A model generated the notes under the pieces. That model ran no database searches, was not told where the DNA came from, and saw only the letters and a program-made list of their open reading frames with translations. From Alphaproteobacteria bacterium (GTDB lineage: Bacteria; Pseudomonadota; Alphaproteobacteria; Rs-D84): a stretch of DNA of 64,000 nucleotides. Both the position numbers and the translations under genes were made by a program. Location: positions 1,516-65,515 of the forward strand of contig JAFXPG010000002.1 of NCBI GenBank assembly GCA_017528045.1, read 5' to 3'. Below are positions 62,681-64,000 of this stretch, piece by piece (the first letter of the stretch is position 1; each line of letters starts with the position of its first letter).

Positions 62681-63040
62681 GTGGCTGTAGTTGATAAAGC
62701 ACAATGGGTGGACAGGGAATGGGCAGCCTATTTAGGTTGCCCAGAAACTAAGGTTGCGCAGTATAGAGAGATATTAGAAAGTATGTTTTTAACAGGTATT
62801 ACAAAAGATGTAGCCAGTGGCAAATATTTTTTTGTAATGCACAGATATGATTTTTCACCGTCTGGACAACAAAGATTGTATTTAATGCAAAGCGGAAAAA
62901 ATATGTTTGATACATATGAAGCTGCTTTAAAAGATGCGAATACTAATATTATTTCAAAAATGTATTTAGATAGTTTTTGGGAAAGACATTTAGAAATTCC
63001 TGCAAGGGCTGTTCAGATGTTGCTTATAAGACAAAAATAA
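62681..63040 (+). CDS. Hypothetical protein (119 aa, GTG start)
   Basis: ORF with no recognisable motif. No in-frame ATG until residue 35. Confidence 0.3.
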   Translation: MAVVDKAQWVDREWAAYLGCPETKVAQYREILESMFLTGITKDVASGKYFFVMHRYDFSPSGQQRLYLMQSGKNMFDTYEAALKDANTNIISKMYLDSFWERHLEIPARAVQMLLIRQK

Positions 63041-63055
63041 ACAAAGAGAATAAAA

Positions 63056-63349
63056 ATGGATATGGAAGCTTTAATGGCACAAGCACAAGATTTACAAACT
63101 AAAATAGCATCTGCGCAAGATTCTTTGGCTGATATGCAGGTTAAAGGAATTGCTGAAAATGGTGCAGTAATAGTTGCTATGACTGGCAAATATGATGTTT
63201 TATCTGTGAATATTCGTCCTGAAACTTTATCGTTAGATGCAGAAAAAGTATCTAAATTAGTAACAGATGCATATAAAGATGCAAAAGCAAAAGCAGATGT
63301 TTTAATTGATAAAGTGATGTCTCAAATTACAGGTGGTTTGTCAGAATAA
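63056..63349 (+). CDS. ybaB: Nucleoid-associated protein YbaB/EbfC
   Basis: About 97 aa. MDMEALMAQAQDLQTKIASAQDSLADMQVKG...GAVIVAMTGKYDV is the YbaB signature. Confidence 0.8.
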   Translation: MDMEALMAQAQDLQTKIASAQDSLADMQVKGIAENGAVIVAMTGKYDVLSVNIRPETLSLDAEKVSKLVTDAYKDAKAKADVLIDKVMSQITGGLSE

Positions 63350-63397
63350 AAAAATACTGGACAAATAAAAAAAATAATGTAATATAGTTATCGCTTT

Positions 63398-63474
63398 GGG
63401 TGTTTAGCTCAGTTGATTAGAGCATCTCGTTTACACCGAGAGGGTCAGGGGTTTGAGTCCCTTAACACCCACCA
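63398..63474 (+). tRNA. tRNA-Val (anticodon UAC)
   Basis: GGGTGTTTAGCTCAGTTGATTAGAGC...TTTACAC...GGTTTGAGTCC...AACACCCACCA. Confidence 0.8.
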
Positions 63475-63483
63475 GAAATTCAA

Positions 63484-63513
63484 GCCGGGTTGATCCCGGT
63501 TTTTTGTTTTTTT
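63484..63513 (+). terminator. Intrinsic terminator after tRNA-Val (CCGGG-TTGAT-CCCGG plus T-run)
   Basis: A GC stem is followed by TTTTTTGTTTTTTT. Confidence 0.65.
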
Positions 63514-63610
63514 ATTGTGGTGTTAGACGAAAACCCCTGGTTTGACAATGAGTAAGCGAAAACAAGCATTAGCAAAGTTTGAGCGCTAACGAATGCGGCG
63601 CAGGATATTT

Positions 63611-63678
63611 ATATCCGAGCCAGTCCCTTAACACCCACCAGGAATTCAAGCCGGGTTAATCCCGGTTTTTATTTTTTT
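63611..63678 (+). repeat. Direct repeat of the last 19 nt of tRNA-Val(UAC) plus its terminator hairpin (about 55 nt, 2-3 mismatches)
   Basis: AGTCCCTTAACACCCACCAGGAATTCAAGCCGGGTTAATCCCGGTTTTT matches 63456-63513 nearly exactly. Confidence 0.6.
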
Positions 63679-64000
63679 GCGTTTTTTAATCTTAATTGGC
63701 CACAAGCTGAACCAATGTCTGCACCACGTTCGCGTCTTATTCGTGTATGAATACCTTTTTTTATCAAAATATCTTGAAACCTGTGAACAGAATTTCCAGA
63801 AATAGATGCAAAATCACGTTCGTCCACTGTATTCCAAGGAATCAGATTTACCATCACATTGTGGCCATATAATAAATCGGACAGTTTTTCTGCATATTCA
63901 TTAGATGCATTATAAAGCTCTATATCACCGTTTTTATCTTTTTTGCCTAACAGTATATATTCAATCATTAATTGGCGATTGTGCGTGTCTGAAAACGTAA
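63669..64000 (-). CDS. rlmN: 23S rRNA/tRNA m2A methyltransferase RlmN (radical SAM), C-terminal part; 5' end outside the window
   Basis: IEYILLGK...VMVNLIPWN...IRRERGADIGSACGQL matches the RlmN C-terminus (IEYVML...INLIPWNP...RKTRGDDIDAACGQL). The frame stays open to the window edge. Confidence 0.8.
   Translation of the reverse strand, partial: TFSDTHNRQLMIEYILLGKKDKNGDIELYNASNEYAEKLSDLLYGHNVMVNLIPWNTVDERDFASISGNSVHRFQDILIKKGIHTRIRRERGADIGSACGQLRLKNAKK

Noticed and set aside
62674-62700. ATG at 62674 as start of the post-pnp hypothetical ORF
   Set aside because: That ATG is out of frame and hits a stop after 6 codons. The only upstream in-frame start is GTG at 62681, so confidence in this gene stays low.

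Overview
This is an AT-rich (~30% GC), gene-dense window. It is almost certainly from a reduced alphaproteobacterial genome, probably an obligate intracellular Rickettsiales- or Holosporales-like organism. The evidence is an alpha-type zinc-free L36, a virB3-virB4 module, a eukaryote-like IleS and heavy operon scrambling.

Most of the window is housekeeping. Replication and repair: dnaG, topA, mutS, recF, nth, udg-family, xseB, ybaB, parAB. Cell-shape module: mreB separately, mreC-mreD-mrdA-rodA together. Translation: rpmJ, rpmI-rplT-pheS-pheT, ileS, metG, infC, rpsO, truB, pnp, rnpA-yidD, rsmG, mnmG, rlmN (partial), ychF. Lipid metabolism: fabD-fabG, accB-accC, gpsA. Also a MacAB/TolC-like tripartite efflux operon, pal, and five tRNAs (Thr-CGT, Val-GAC, Cys-GCA, Val-TAC).

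Non-housekeeping content worth attention:
1. A virB3-virB4 operon is translationally coupled to a small secreted HExxH protein. It is followed by an orphan phage Mtd-like (BPP-1 major tropism determinant N-domain) receptor-binding protein gene. Next to these sit a GT2 glycosyltransferase and a HAD-fusion gene.
2. An ORFan gene pair is inserted between pheT and ileS.
3. A cluster of two signal-peptide proteins carries eukaryote- or Firmicute-like repeats (a Listeria-Bacteroides/Flg_new repeat; ephrin-receptor-like Cys-rich repeats). It is convergent with an uncharacterised radical-SAM enzyme and preceded by a long structured leader.
4. A small Cys4 protein is translationally coupled to queH.
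5. A family of near-identical palindromic terminator hairpins (A-run-CACCGGCAAATGCCGGTG-T-run) is reused at eight or more sites. One copy is embedded in-frame inside rsmG, reminiscent of Rickettsia palindromic elements.
6. A duplicated tRNA-Val 3' end plus terminator looks like an att-site scar.

All calls are by eye from motifs and gene context. No database search was run.
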